From a virus (lineage: Duplodnaviria; Caudoviricetes): DNA of 64,000 nucleotides. The first letter of the stretch is position 1. Every line of letters starts with the position of its first letter. The notes beneath the pieces were generated by a model, which was given only the letters and a program-made list of their open reading frames with translations, was not told where the DNA came from and made no database searches. The stretch spans positions 1 through 64,000 of the IMG/VR virus record IMGVR_UViG_3300028293_000005; one strand, written 5' to 3'. This document shows, in pieces, positions 27,083-37,287 of the stretch. The position numbers and the translations under genes were made by a program.

Positions 27083-28194
27083 TGAAAGTTAGCCAATACG
27101 TAAACGGCGCCGAAGCGAATCCCGAGGGGTGGCTTTTCATCGCGGAAAAGCAGCCGCCGGGCGCCCCGAAGCCTTACATCACGAAGAAAATTGCGCCTGA
27201 CAAACTCGGTGCCGTGGGTCCAGCTGGGCCGCAAGGGCTGCCGGGCGCGGCCGGCGCTACCGGCCCTACCGGCGCGCAAGGCGCGAGCGGGGCTCCTGGT
27301 CCGACGGGCGCAACCGGCGCACAAGGCGCGGACAGCTCGGACGAGTGGGTGCACCCCGACGGGTTTTCGGTGGACCTGTTCGAGGAATACCCGCAGGGTG
27401 CGATTGTCGCGCCCAACGGCGGGTTCGGCTGGGACACGGCCGGCGTTGTCTCGGGCGGAACCATCGTGCAACGCAACATCGCGAACGGCCGCACCGAAAA
27501 ACGGCTGAGCCTAAACAACGGCGAGTTCGCGCGCAAGCTGTATATCGGCAGCGACTGGCACCGGCTACGCATCGCGCTTTTGCTACGCGTCAATGGCGCG
27601 ACCACTTTTACTGCGAACGGATTCATCGGACTTTGCTCGGGCACCGCGAACCCCTTCGGGGGAAACACGGACAACGCAATCGGGGCTTACTTCGACCCGG
27701 CTAGCGTCGGCTCATGGGTGTTCACGAACGGCGTGACAAAAGATTTTTTCGCGCAGAGCGTCAGCACGCGTTTCGTCACGAAGCGTGGAGTGGGCGCCCC
27801 GGTAGACCATGGAGTCGGCGCCGGGTCCGACGGTCGTCGATTCGCCTCTACCGAAGCTCTGCGCACGATGTTTTTCCTCGAAGTCGCGCGGCCGGTGTTC
27901 GCCACCTCGGCGACGTCAGTTGCGTATTCGTGGGGCATGCGCTCGACCAACGCGACCAACGCAGAATTTTCGCTCAGCAAGCGTTCGCTTTTCGATGTTG
28001 CGCTCGACAGCGCGAACAACAGCGGCTTGGCGCAGGACGACACAATCGTCACGGTGACGGGCTCCGGGTCCACGACGGTCGCGGCCAGCTTTAACGACGA
28101 CGAGAGCACGGGGGCTTTTGACACGCTCAACATTCGTTGGGACGGCACGCATCCGTTGGAAATCTGCGGCATGGCGGTCCACAAAATTTACTGA
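27082..28194 (+). CDS. collagen-like fibre protein 1
   Basis: G-X-Y tract and C-terminal domain paralogous to next gene. Confidence 0.8.
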   Translation: MKVSQYVNGAEANPEGWLFIAEKQPPGAPKPYITKKIAPDKLGAVGPAGPQGLPGAAGATGPTGAQGASGAPGPTGATGAQGADSSDEWVHPDGFSVDLFEEYPQGAIVAPNGGFGWDTAGVVSGGTIVQRNIANGRTEKRLSLNNGEFARKLYIGSDWHRLRIALLLRVNGATTFTANGFIGLCSGTANPFGGNTDNAIGAYFDPASVGSWVFTNGVTKDFFAQSVSTRFVTKRGVGAPVDHGVGAGSDGRRFASTEALRTMFFLEVARPVFATSATSVAYSWGMRSTNATNAEFSLSKRSLFDVALDSANNSGLAQDDTIVTVTGSGSTTVAASFNDDESTGAFDTLNIRWDGTHPLEICGMAVHKIY

Positions 28195-29564
28195 TGAACT
28201 ACGCATTAGAGGAATTTTACGAGACAGCGCCGCTAACCTCGGCGGACGACGGGCATATCCTGATTGGGAAGCTCAATGCGGGCGGCGTGATTCAACTTTT
28301 TCGGCTGCACGTAAACGACCTGAACCGGATTACCGGTCCGACGGGTCCGACGGGTCCGACAGGCCCGCCCGGAACTAACGGAACGAACGGGACAAACGGC
28401 GCAACTGGGCCTACCGGACCTACCGGACCAACGGGACCAACTGGCGCGGTTGGGCCAACGGGAAGTAACGGGCCAACAGGCCCCACAGGCCCTACCGGAG
28501 CAAATGGCGCAAGCGGGCCTACCGGACCTACCGGACCAACGGGACCCACGGGAGCAAGCGGCGCGAGCGTGACTGGGCCAACCGGCCCCACGGGTCCCAC
28601 GGGTCCCACAGGTCCAACGGGGCCAACAGGGCCAACAGGCGCGAGCGTTACTGGGCCAACTGGACCTACGGGGCCAACAGGACCAACTGGGCCGACAGGC
28701 GCAAGTGGGTCAGGCGGCGCGGCCGGCGCGTCCTATACGAGCGATTCTTTTGCGCTCGATAATTTCGAGGATTACGCGACTGGCGCAATCTCCAACTTCA
28801 CGAGTGGCTCCGGATGGAGCGGCTCGGGTTCGGCGTCTGGCGCGACTATCGTGGCTGTCACGGGTTTTGCTGGCACCGATAAGCGGCTCTCGCTCGTCGG
28901 CCCTGGCGAATTCAAGCGCAAGATGGCGTGGGGAGAAAAGTGGAAGCGGCTTCGCATTGGCGTCCTTCTGCGAATCAGTGGCGCGGCCACTATCACTGGC
29001 GACTTTGTTTTCGGCGTTTGCTCTGGTATTACGGACGGTGCCGGCAGCACGGGCTGCGCGAACTTCATCGGAGTGGGCTCGCGACCGACGAATACTAATC
29101 AATACACGTATTCGACCGGCAGCGACATGGCGACCTTCGCCGCGACGTTTGCCAGCGCCTCCACCAAGCACAACACGACCTGGGGTGACGGCGGCGGGTT
29201 TACGTCCATGAAGGGCTACACCGCGGCCGGGTCTGCGGGGTTGGTCGTGAATATCTGCGACATCCGGCGCGTTCGGTTCGGGACCACAAGCAACAATTAT
29301 GTATTGTTCGGATTGGGACCCTCTGGCTCTGGAACGGGTGCCGACGGGCCAGAAAAGGCTCTGGATTGGGGCTCGCTCCTCCAGGCGGTCGCTATTCCGG
29401 ACAACGCTACGCTGCCCCTGAACTGGTTCTGGGACGGTAATGCGGCCACGAACACCATTTCGCATAGCGAAACGAACGGGGCCTTGGACAGCATCAACAT
29501 TTGGTGGCAACACGCCACCGTGCCGATTGAGGTGGCTGGAATAGCCGTCCTCAAACTCTATTGA
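28194..29564 (+). CDS. collagen-like fibre protein 2 (long GPT repeat)
   Basis: Start MNYALEE at TGATG overlap; ~40 G-X-Y triplets dominated by GPT. Confidence 0.85.
   Translation: MNYALEEFYETAPLTSADDGHILIGKLNAGGVIQLFRLHVNDLNRITGPTGPTGPTGPPGTNGTNGTNGATGPTGPTGPTGPTGAVGPTGSNGPTGPTGPTGANGASGPTGPTGPTGPTGASGASVTGPTGPTGPTGPTGPTGPTGPTGASVTGPTGPTGPTGPTGPTGASGSGGAAGASYTSDSFALDNFEDYATGAISNFTSGSGWSGSGSASGATIVAVTGFAGTDKRLSLVGPGEFKRKMAWGEKWKRLRIGVLLRISGAATITGDFVFGVCSGITDGAGSTGCANFIGVGSRPTNTNQYTYSTGSDMATFAATFASASTKHNTTWGDGGGFTSMKGYTAAGSAGLVVNICDIRRVRFGTTSNNYVLFGLGPSGSGTGADGPEKALDWGSLLQAVAIPDNATLPLNWFWDGNAATNTISHSETNGALDSINIWWQHATVPIEVAGIAVLKLY
28332..28710 (+). repeat. collagen (GPT)n coding repeat
   Basis: 9-bp periodicity ggN-ccN-acN; ends approximate. 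Confidence 0.9.
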
Positions 29565-29590
29565 CAAACGTCCGGAAAACTCCACTTATT
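29561..29590 (+). promoter_or_regulatory. promoter motif TTGACA-N16-CACTTATT
   Basis: -35 contains TGA stop 29562-29564; ATG 5 nt downstream. Confidence 0.8.
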
Positions 29591-29595
29591 AAGGT

Positions 29596-29916
29596 ATGAA
29601 GACCCCTATTGATTTGGGCTACAACCTGGAGGGACCGACATCGGTCGCGTCCAGCCAGAAGAAAATTTTCCCGACTCTCCATCTTGAATGGCCTACGAGC
29701 TATGACCTCCCGGAGTCTGGAGAGCTGACCGTCACGTTCCGGAAAACGCATGAGGCGAAGTCCAAGGACCAAAACGGCAAGACCCGTTATACGGTGGACC
29801 TGGAAATCCAGTCCATTAACGACGTCGAGGAAGGTGAGTCCGAGGGGGAGACGATGGACGAGGAGTCTGGTTCGGACGCGCTCGACCGCTATAAGAAAGA
29901 AGCCGAAGGCGAATAA
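29596..29916 (+). CDS. hypothetical acidic protein
   Basis: ORF after promoter. Confidence 0.7.
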   Translation: MKTPIDLGYNLEGPTSVASSQKKIFPTLHLEWPTSYDLPESGELTVTFRKTHEAKSKDQNGKTRYTVDLEIQSINDVEEGESEGETMDEESGSDALDRYKKEAEGE

Positions 29917-30635
29917 TGTCCGACAGGACTTTTATTTATGGATTGTGTGACCCTGATACCGGCGAGCTGCGGTATGTCGGGAAAGCGGATAATCCGGAAA
30001 AGCGAGTAATCAGCCACCTTACGGAAGCGGCGAGAGGAAAAAATCGCTCGCACCGCGGGAATTGGCTTAGGAGTCTTTTGGCGCAATCAAAATCTCCGCG
30101 GCTTGTAGTGTTGTTGAACGTAGCCAAAACGGAATGGCAATTTTGGGAGCGTGACCTTATTAAGTTTTTCCGCGACGCGGGTGCTAATCTGGTAAACGAA
30201 ACAGATGGGGGAGACGGGGTATTGGACATGACTGGTGTGGTCCGTGCAAAAATCCGAGCCGGATTAAAAAAGAAATTCGAGACGGACCCTGAATACCGCC
30301 TTCAAATGCGTCTGAAAAACGTGGGCAAGACACAATCTTCTGAGACGATAGAGAGACGCGCGAAAAAATTACGAGGGAAAATTCGGTCTGAAGCCAGCCG
30401 TCTTAAATATGCCGCCAGCAAACAAGGAGTAAAACGTGCCGGCAGCAGTCAGTATGTGGGTGTGAATTGGAACAAGCGACTGCAAAAATGGTGCGCTGTT
30501 TTCAATACTCGGCATCTGGGGGTTTTTGAATGCGAAGAATCGGCAGCGCGAGCGTATGATAAGGCTGCCGTTGAGGCGCGTGGGCTAGAGGCGCGCGTTA
30601 ATTTCCCGAAAGGAGAAACACATGTTTCAAGCTAA
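29916..30635 (+). CDS. GIY-YIG homing endonuclease with C-terminal AP2 domain
   Basis: FIYGLCDP...LRYVGKA; SQYVGVNW...HLGVFECEESAARAYDKAA...VNFP. Confidence 0.9.
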   Translation: MSDRTFIYGLCDPDTGELRYVGKADNPEKRVISHLTEAARGKNRSHRGNWLRSLLAQSKSPRLVVLLNVAKTEWQFWERDLIKFFRDAGANLVNETDGGDGVLDMTGVVRAKIRAGLKKKFETDPEYRLQMRLKNVGKTQSSETIERRAKKLRGKIRSEASRLKYAASKQGVKRAGSSQYVGVNWNKRLQKWCAVFNTRHLGVFECEESAARAYDKAAVEARGLEARVNFPKGETHVSS

Positions 30636-31569
30636 AGACGTGCTGGATGACATCCGCGATATCTTTGGCATTTGTCGCGAGGAAAAACTTTTCAGATATT
30701 TAACTGATGCTATCCGGCTGCTCGCAAACAAAGGAGAAATCGACCCTCTTGTCGGTGCAATCGACCTTTGCGTGCAGAACAAATGTATTACTCTGCCTTC
30801 TGAAATCGAGACCGTTCTCGCGGTGAATCTCGCGGGTCGTCCCGCGCTTGGACACAACGAACTTTTTTCCTGGCACCTGAACGGGCCGGGAGACCGCAAG
30901 ACCCGATGTGACTATTCGTGGAGTGACGAGTTGCCCGCGGTGACCTATAAGGACCTTGTTTGCCCCGGCCGATTAGTGGCTTTCGTGGACAAGCCGTCCG
31001 ACTCCGGTCGCGAGCTTCGCGTGTTCGGATTCGATAAGCAAAATAAGCCGCTCCAGACGCTGGAGAATGGTGTGTGGACTGACGGGCTTTTGGTCCCTAC
31101 AATTTTTGGATACGCCGTTCCCGCATCAAGCGACCCCGAAGTCGGTCGAATTACTCAAGTCATCAAAGAACGCTCCGATGGAATTATCAGACTTTCGACT
31201 TTTGATAATTCATCCAGCAGCGGCACGTTGATTGGGATTTACGACCCGGAAGAAACAGTGCCACGATACCGTCGTCTGAAAATTTCTCGCGGATGCCCGT
31301 GGGTCCGAGTTCTTTATCGGAAGAAATCTTTCGAAATTACTAGCCCGAATACGCGAATTCTTTTGCACAGCCGTCTCGCTTTACTTTTGGCGTGTAAAGC
31401 CCTGAAATTCTACTTGGATTCCGACGTGGCCAATGGCATGACCTTCGAGGCGCATGCTACACGAATTCTAACTGAACAGGAGAGCGTATTGGTCGGTCCG
31501 AATGCGCTACCCTTACAGGTTGAGGACCGCAATAGTATCGCAGTCAAAGATGACTGGGATGTTTCTTAA
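30622..31569 (+). CDS. putative tail adaptor / tail tubular protein A
   Basis: Position ahead of nozzle; size and helical ends. Confidence 0.5.
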   Translation: MFQAKDVLDDIRDIFGICREEKLFRYLTDAIRLLANKGEIDPLVGAIDLCVQNKCITLPSEIETVLAVNLAGRPALGHNELFSWHLNGPGDRKTRCDYSWSDELPAVTYKDLVCPGRLVAFVDKPSDSGRELRVFGFDKQNKPLQTLENGVWTDGLLVPTIFGYAVPASSDPEVGRITQVIKERSDGIIRLSTFDNSSSSGTLIGIYDPEETVPRYRRLKISRGCPWVRVLYRKKSFEITSPNTRILLHSRLALLLACKALKFYLDSDVANGMTFEAHATRILTEQESVLVGPNALPLQVEDRNSIAVKDDWDVS

Positions 31570-31573
31570 ATTT

Positions 31574-31762
31574 ATGAAGCAAGACAAAGGCATGCCTCCC
31601 TCTTCGGGAGCAGAAGAAAACGCGAAGACCAACGCGAACGTCCCCGCGCCGCAAGAAGTATTTCAATACTCCGACGGCAAGTGCGAGGAACGCGACCTGA
31701 TTGACCGCCTGAAAAACGGCCATGACAAGGGCAACTACAGCGAATACGTCGGCAGTCTTTAA
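31574..31762 (+). CDS. small hypothetical protein
   Basis: MKQDKGMPP start. Confidence 0.55.
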   Translation: MKQDKGMPPSSGAEENAKTNANVPAPQEVFQYSDGKCEERDLIDRLKNGHDKGNYSEYVGSL

Positions 31763-31826
31763 CCGCTGAAAGGAGGACGCTATCACGCCCCGCACAGAGG
31801 ACGGTGAGATTACATTCCTTGGTGGA

Positions 31827-33749
31827 ATGGACTCTATGTCTGACGCGAATCAACTCGCGCCGGGGTATTACGCACGGTCAATGAACACCGTGAACCGCGG
31901 GGGTATAGTTCAATGCAGGCCGGGATACCAATGTCGTTTTGTCATGCCGCCGGGCAACCTGCAGGGCGGATTCGTTTTCCGGCCGAAGCTGGGAATAGAG
32001 TCGATTCTGTTCGCGGTGGACGGGAACGTGTATCTGTCCGAGTATCCTTACCGGACCTTTCGGCAGCTCTCGATTCAATTTTCGGCGTCCGCGCGCCAGC
32101 TGTTCTTCGTCCAGGCCGAGCAGGCCGTGACGCGCAACGATGACGGCTCGCTCCGGCTCGTGCCGGCCGTCAACCTCGTAATCATTCAGGACGGCGGGCT
32201 TACCGCGCCGGCCGTGTTCGACGGGTTTAACGCGGAACACGACGCGAATATCAAGCTCGGCGGACCGATGGCTTGGAGCGGGGACCGCCTATGGGTGGCC
32301 CAGGGCGCAAAACTTTTCGCTTCGGACTTGTATGACCCCCGACATTTCCTCGAACCCCAATACTTCGCGACCCTCGAAGCTTTCACGCTTCCTGGCGAAA
32401 TTACGGCGCTGGCGGAACCGACGGCGAATGCGGAGCTGGCATCACTCTTTGTTTTCACCCAAGATTCCACGACTCTAATCCAATCCGGAATCCGCGACCG
32501 CACGCTCTGGGCGACCACCACCAACTTTCAGTTTGTCCAGTTCCCCGAAGTGGGTTGCGTGGCGCCTCGGTCCGTGTCACTCCTGCACGGGTTGCTGTGG
32601 TGGTATTCCGCGCAAGGCCTGACCAATGTCAACGCCGCGATGCTTACGCGCCAGACGTCCATCACGCCCTACGAGGACAACGAAATGGCGGACAGCAAAT
32701 CCCGGCTCGGGGATGACTTGAACGGAATCGCTTGCGGCTTTTTCGAGAATTACCTTTTGGTGTCCGTCCCTTACTGCGACAAACACAACACCCACACGTG
32801 GTGCTTGGACGGAGCGACGCTGCAGCGGAAAGACCAGCAGTCGCCCTTCGCTTGGAACTCTTTCTGGACCGGCACCCGTCCGGTGGAATGGTTTTACGGG
32901 CTGTTCGCAGGCGCGAACCGAATCTTTTATGCGAGCGTAGATTTTGACGGGCAAAATCGGCTGTGGGAGGCTTTCTCCCCGGACCGACTGGACGACGGTT
33001 GCCCAATTACTTGGTATGTCGAGACCCGCTCTTATGGCGCGGACGTCCCGCTCAAGGATAAAAAAATGCTGTATGCGGACATCTTCCTGTCAGAGTTGGC
33101 AGGGACCGTTGACCTCGGGGTCTTCTGGGCTGGACCGCATCGGGGCCGGTATAAACGCATTCTCACGAAACGAATTGAGTCGCCCCGCGGTTCGTTTCGC
33201 GTCGGTCACAACGTATCGAGTGACCAGAAAATCTTTGCTTTCAAAAAGCAGGTGCGGGCGCTGCGGACCCAGGACGGACGGCTGCTCGCGTCGGACGAGG
33301 ATTTGTCTTCATGCGACGTTGAAAGCATTAAGCTGGACTTCCTGGATGAATCTTTTCAACTTCTCATTGTTGGCTCTGGCCCTGGTGCTGTGCGTGGAGT
33401 TCGTCTCTACCTGGAACCCGCGCCGGGCAGCCCGGGCTCAGTCAGCCCGAACAAGGAACTCTCGGGCCGGTGCGAAGAAAACGAAGGCCCGGAACAAAAC
33501 TTTGTGCGATTCGATGGCGCCGCCTCGGATTCAGTCGAAGCCCTAAACGCGAACATTCCGCTTTTCACGAGCAACCAAACGGTGACGATTACTGAGCAGG
33601 GCATCACGGAAGTGGGCACTGGCTACGGGGAGTCCGTCATCAGCCAAGCGGACGCGGACAAAATCGCGACCACGACCGCCCGGCGCAAGGCGGCGCGAAA
33701 ACTCGAAGAGGCTCTGCCGATTCTTATCTCGACGGGACTCGGGCTATGA
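31827..33749 (+). CDS. putative tail nozzle / tail tubular protein B
   Basis: 640-aa beta-rich protein in podoviral tail position; true start may be upstream (see findings). Confidence 0.6.
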   Translation: MDSMSDANQLAPGYYARSMNTVNRGGIVQCRPGYQCRFVMPPGNLQGGFVFRPKLGIESILFAVDGNVYLSEYPYRTFRQLSIQFSASARQLFFVQAEQAVTRNDDGSLRLVPAVNLVIIQDGGLTAPAVFDGFNAEHDANIKLGGPMAWSGDRLWVAQGAKLFASDLYDPRHFLEPQYFATLEAFTLPGEITALAEPTANAELASLFVFTQDSTTLIQSGIRDRTLWATTTNFQFVQFPEVGCVAPRSVSLLHGLLWWYSAQGLTNVNAAMLTRQTSITPYEDNEMADSKSRLGDDLNGIACGFFENYLLVSVPYCDKHNTHTWCLDGATLQRKDQQSPFAWNSFWTGTRPVEWFYGLFAGANRIFYASVDFDGQNRLWEAFSPDRLDDGCPITWYVETRSYGADVPLKDKKMLYADIFLSELAGTVDLGVFWAGPHRGRYKRILTKRIESPRGSFRVGHNVSSDQKIFAFKKQVRALRTQDGRLLASDEDLSSCDVESIKLDFLDESFQLLIVGSGPGAVRGVRLYLEPAPGSPGSVSPNKELSGRCEENEGPEQNFVRFDGAASDSVEALNANIPLFTSNQTVTITEQGITEVGTGYGESVISQADADKIATTTARRKAARKLEEALPILISTGLGL

Positions 33750-34165
33750 TGCAATATGATTCATTGCGCGCGATTACGCGGCGAGCCCTGCGCATCAATT
33801 ACAGGTCTCCGCTCATTTGCCAGCTCGGCCCCGAAGAAAGCGGCAGTGGTTCCGGAACCGACATCTCCGGATTTTTGCCGGTTGTCGCTCCCGCCGGCCC
33901 GACGAATTTGCAAGCGAGCGTGAGTGATTGCCCGCGAGTTGTGACGCTGACCTGGGATGCGGTGACCGGTGCCCTGGGATATAACGTTCTGCGCGCGGAT
34001 GACCCGGTCGGCCCGTTTGTTTACCGGCAGTCGGTGGACACCCTGACGTTTTCCGAGGACGTGGAAGACGGCGTAACTTTTTATTATCAAGTCGTGGCGT
34101 TCGGCGAGTTTGGACAGTCGAACCCCTCGGAAACCCTGGCGGTCGTAGTGCCACTATGTGGATAA
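33746..34165 (+). CDS. fibronectin type III domain protein
   Basis: PTNL...VTLTW...YNVLR...YYQVVA...S.PS pattern. Confidence 0.75.
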   Translation: MMQYDSLRAITRRALRINYRSPLICQLGPEESGSGSGTDISGFLPVVAPAGPTNLQASVSDCPRVVTLTWDAVTGALGYNVLRADDPVGPFVYRQSVDTLTFSEDVEDGVTFYYQVVAFGEFGQSNPSETLAVVVPLCG

Positions 34166-34168
34166 TTT

Positions 34169-34483
34169 ATGGCGAATCCTAATCACGGCAAACCTAATCC
34201 GGACCAAGCGGTCAAAACCGTAGCGCGAACTGTCGAAGTGTTCGACCGCGAGTTCACGCGGCGCGACGGGCGAAAATACACGGTGGTGACAGCCGAGGCG
34301 CTCGACCAGTTCGAGGCGCTAGTCGCTGCGGGGGACGCGGATAAACTCGCTCTCTACATGGAAAACCCAGTCCAGATGATTATGTCGGTTCTATTCGGAC
34401 TGCACTCGCGCGTGAAGTTGATTGAGAGCACGCTAATTGCGCTCTCGACCCGCGTCGATGCGCTCGAACGCCGCCCACACTAA
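34169..34483 (+). CDS. hypothetical protein, C-terminal coiled coil
   Basis: Tightly packed ORF. Confidence 0.65.
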   Translation: MANPNHGKPNPDQAVKTVARTVEVFDREFTRRDGRKYTVVTAEALDQFEALVAAGDADKLALYMENPVQMIMSVLFGLHSRVKLIESTLIALSTRVDALERRPH

Positions 34484-34486
34484 TTT

Positions 34487-35566
34487 ATGCCACTGCAAAA
34501 GACAAACTTGGTCATCGTCGCGGCACAGCTGCCGCCCGACTTCGAGGGAAATCCTCAGGAGTATTTTGCGGCCATGCTGGAGCGCATGTCGATTCAATCG
34601 CCAGTGGGCATCAGCTTTTTCGTCATCGGCGACGTGGAGCCCGCGAGCAACTCCGGCCCGTGGTTCAAAAATGGGACGAAGTTGTATGTGTTCGACATCA
34701 ACACCGGCCACTACGTCCCGCTGGATATCTCGGACTCGCTCTCGAAGTTCGCGTTCATTGGGCCGAATGACCCCGGCACGCCTGGAACGGCGGACCCGCT
34801 AATTTGGTTCCGTTCCGTCGGCAACCGGCCTCTCGGCTGGTATGGCTGGGACGGCAACTCGTGGGAAGCCGCGCCGAGCGTTCCACCGAGTGGTGACACG
34901 GCCAACCGTCCATCGAACCCGGCGGACCTGGAGCAGTATTTTGACACGGACATCAACGTCCTGATTCACTGGGAACGCAGCGCGTGGCGCACGGTCGCGG
35001 GCTCGCCCGGCGACGTCAAGGCGGTCACGGCGGATAACCTGACGCTGGCCCTGAAAGCAAATCCGGGCTGGTCGCTGCTTTTCGAAAATGACGAAAGCAA
35101 GCGTGGCCGGGCTATCGCTCAGGCGGCAAAAGACGCGGGCGCGTCACCGGACAACGCAGTGTCCACACCCGCGGGAATCACGCAGCGCGCGGCGAATGAC
35201 GTGTTCGGTGAAGAACTCCACGTGCTGGGGTCGCTGGAAATCCAGCAGCACTCGCACATGATTGGTCACGCGACGCTCCTCAACAGTGTCAACGGAAACG
35301 TTGTGCTGTTCCGGGTGGACGACGCGGACACGGAGATTTTGAACGCGGGCATCCCGGACAATCCGCCGCCGAACTCACAGACGATTCGTCCGACACACAC
35401 TGCGCCTAACGGCGGGTCTACGGGTGTCACGCTGGGCGGGACCGGCACGCAGATTATGACTAGCCGACAATTCACGCTCGAAGACGCGCCGCACTACACG
35501 GCCGCGGCTGTGGGACACAACACGGTTCCGCCGAGCGTGTTCCTCTGGCATCTGGTGAAGGAATAA
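34487..35566 (+). CDS. putative tail fibre/baseplate-type protein
   Basis: C-terminal GHNTVPPSVFLWHLVK resembles tail-fibre ends. Confidence 0.55.
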   Translation: MPLQKTNLVIVAAQLPPDFEGNPQEYFAAMLERMSIQSPVGISFFVIGDVEPASNSGPWFKNGTKLYVFDINTGHYVPLDISDSLSKFAFIGPNDPGTPGTADPLIWFRSVGNRPLGWYGWDGNSWEAAPSVPPSGDTANRPSNPADLEQYFDTDINVLIHWERSAWRTVAGSPGDVKAVTADNLTLALKANPGWSLLFENDESKRGRAIAQAAKDAGASPDNAVSTPAGITQRAANDVFGEELHVLGSLEIQQHSHMIGHATLLNSVNGNVVLFRVDDADTEILNAGIPDNPPPNSQTIRPTHTAPNGGSTGVTLGGTGTQIMTSRQFTLEDAPHYTAAAVGHNTVPPSVFLWHLVKE

Positions 35567-35569
35567 CGC

Positions 35570-36028
35570 ATGACGCAGGACCTGACCATAGCATATATCC
35601 CGCACACGAGCATCCGGGGCCTGGAACCCCTGTTCCGGGCTTACTTCGAGGACATCAAGTATCCCGGCAAAATGAACCTCGACTTCTTCGAGCAGGTCTG
35701 GGCGCCGATGGTGCGGCGCGACCAAGCGGAGATTATCGTTGCGGCCGATGACGCGATTCGCGGACTCTGCGGCATGACTTATTTTCGGGACGTGTTCAAT
35801 GGTGAAATGACCGCCACCATAGTTTTGCTGTGGGTGGCGCCCGAATGCCGCGGGCAGGGAATCGGCGCTGCTCTTTTGAAACAAGCGGAAGAAAACGCTG
35901 AAGCCCGCGGGTGCATGTCGGTGGTTCACGGTCACCCGTTCACTGTTCAAAAGGACGGCGGGCGGGCGCTGTTCGAGAAGCGCGGCTATTCCGCCGTCGA
36001 ACTTTATTTTCGGAAAAACTTGGAGTAA
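35570..36028 (+). CDS. GNAT acetyltransferase
   Basis: LWVAPECRGQGIGAALL acetyl-CoA motif; LFEKRGY. Confidence 0.9.
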   Translation: MTQDLTIAYIPHTSIRGLEPLFRAYFEDIKYPGKMNLDFFEQVWAPMVRRDQAEIIVAADDAIRGLCGMTYFRDVFNGEMTATIVLLWVAPECRGQGIGAALLKQAEENAEARGCMSVVHGHPFTVQKDGGRALFEKRGYSAVELYFRKNLE

Positions 36029-36030
36029 CT

Positions 36031-37287
36031 ATGGGAAGCTCAATCGGAACAGTCCTCGGTGGCGGCGCCTCGCTCGCCGAACTCTTTACGGACTCGGCCG
36101 CGAACCGCAACGCGTATAACGAACAGAAGCGCGGGCTCGCGCAACAGCGCGCCCAACTCAAGGAGGATTATAACCTGGACCGCGTGGCTGGACTCGTTCA
36201 GCAATACGACAAGGGTTATCTGGACCGTAAAGTCGCGCTGCAGAAAGAATACGAACCCGAACTTTACGCCCTCGGCCAAAAGGCACGGCAGGACTTACTC
36301 GCAGAGGCCGCGCGTCCGTCGTCCGCGTTGGAATCCACCCGGACGGCCAAGCAACTTTTTGCGGAGAACATCGACCAGGACCCCGCGCTGAAAAAGCTCA
36401 AAGACACCGTCGTTCAGAAAGCGAACGATTTGCTGTCGATGGGTGGAACGCTTCCGCCTGAATATCAGGCCGAGCTGGTCCGCGCTGGAGTGGGTCAAGC
36501 CGCGCAGGCCGGCATCAAGCCGCAGTCGTCTTCGGTGGGCGGTGTTGTCTCGAATGTCTTGGGCAGCGCCGGCGAAAAGCTGCGGCAGGCCCGCACCGTC
36601 GAAGCCGCCGGCTTGGCGAGCACGGCGCAACAAATGACCGAATCGCGCGCGAAAATTCTTGGCTCGATTTTCCCCTCGATTCAAGCCTCCGAGCGGGCCA
36701 ATCAGATGCGGACGCCGGGCTATCTCGGACTTGCTCAGTCACTGATGCCGGACGCCGCGACTGGGCTGACTGGCCGCGAGCTGTTAAATGTGGACTTCGC
36801 TGGGCGTCAGGCTCAGCGGAATATCGGAATGTCGCTGCACAATTTGAAGGCGCAACGAATTTTGGAACAGGCTCGTATTCTGGACAACACGCTGGACAAG
36901 CAGGCCGGCGGCATGGGCGGCAGCGCGCCGGGCTCCTACGGCAGCGGCAATCAGAACGCGGGTGGCGGGGGCGGAATGGACATCGGTTCCATCGTGGGAA
37001 TCGCCGGCATGCTTTCGGACAAAAATTCCAAGGAGAATATCAAAAAGATTGACGAGTCGGAGGTCCTGGACAAGGTCTCTAAGCTCCCGGTCTCGAATTG
37101 GGAATATAAAAAGGACATCGAGGGCGTTCCTGCCGGCCGACACACCGGCCCCATGGCCCAAGACTGGTCTCGACTCTTTGGAGACGGTTCTGGTAAAGAA
37201 ACCACGATTCCCATCGTAGACGCGGTGGGGGTGACCTTAGCTAGTATCAAAGCCATCGTGAAACAATTGAAAGAGCTGCAGGCATGA
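36031..37287 (+). CDS. internal virion (ejection) protein with C-terminal peptidase S74-like domain
   Basis: A/G/Q-rich; LSDKNSKENI...WEYK...GPMAQD C-terminus. Confidence 0.75.
   Translation: MGSSIGTVLGGGASLAELFTDSAANRNAYNEQKRGLAQQRAQLKEDYNLDRVAGLVQQYDKGYLDRKVALQKEYEPELYALGQKARQDLLAEAARPSSALESTRTAKQLFAENIDQDPALKKLKDTVVQKANDLLSMGGTLPPEYQAELVRAGVGQAAQAGIKPQSSSVGGVVSNVLGSAGEKLRQARTVEAAGLASTAQQMTESRAKILGSIFPSIQASERANQMRTPGYLGLAQSLMPDAATGLTGRELLNVDFAGRQAQRNIGMSLHNLKAQRILEQARILDNTLDKQAGGMGGSAPGSYGSGNQNAGGGGGMDIGSIVGIAGMLSDKNSKENIKKIDESEVLDKVSKLPVSNWEYKKDIEGVPAGRHTGPMAQDWSRLFGDGSGKETTIPIVDAVGVTLASIKAIVKQLKELQA

Noticed and set aside
27082-29564. Diversity-generating retroelement acting on fibre tips
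   Set aside because: No reverse transcriptase in window; paralogs differ throughout at protein level rather than as a near-identical TR/VR pair
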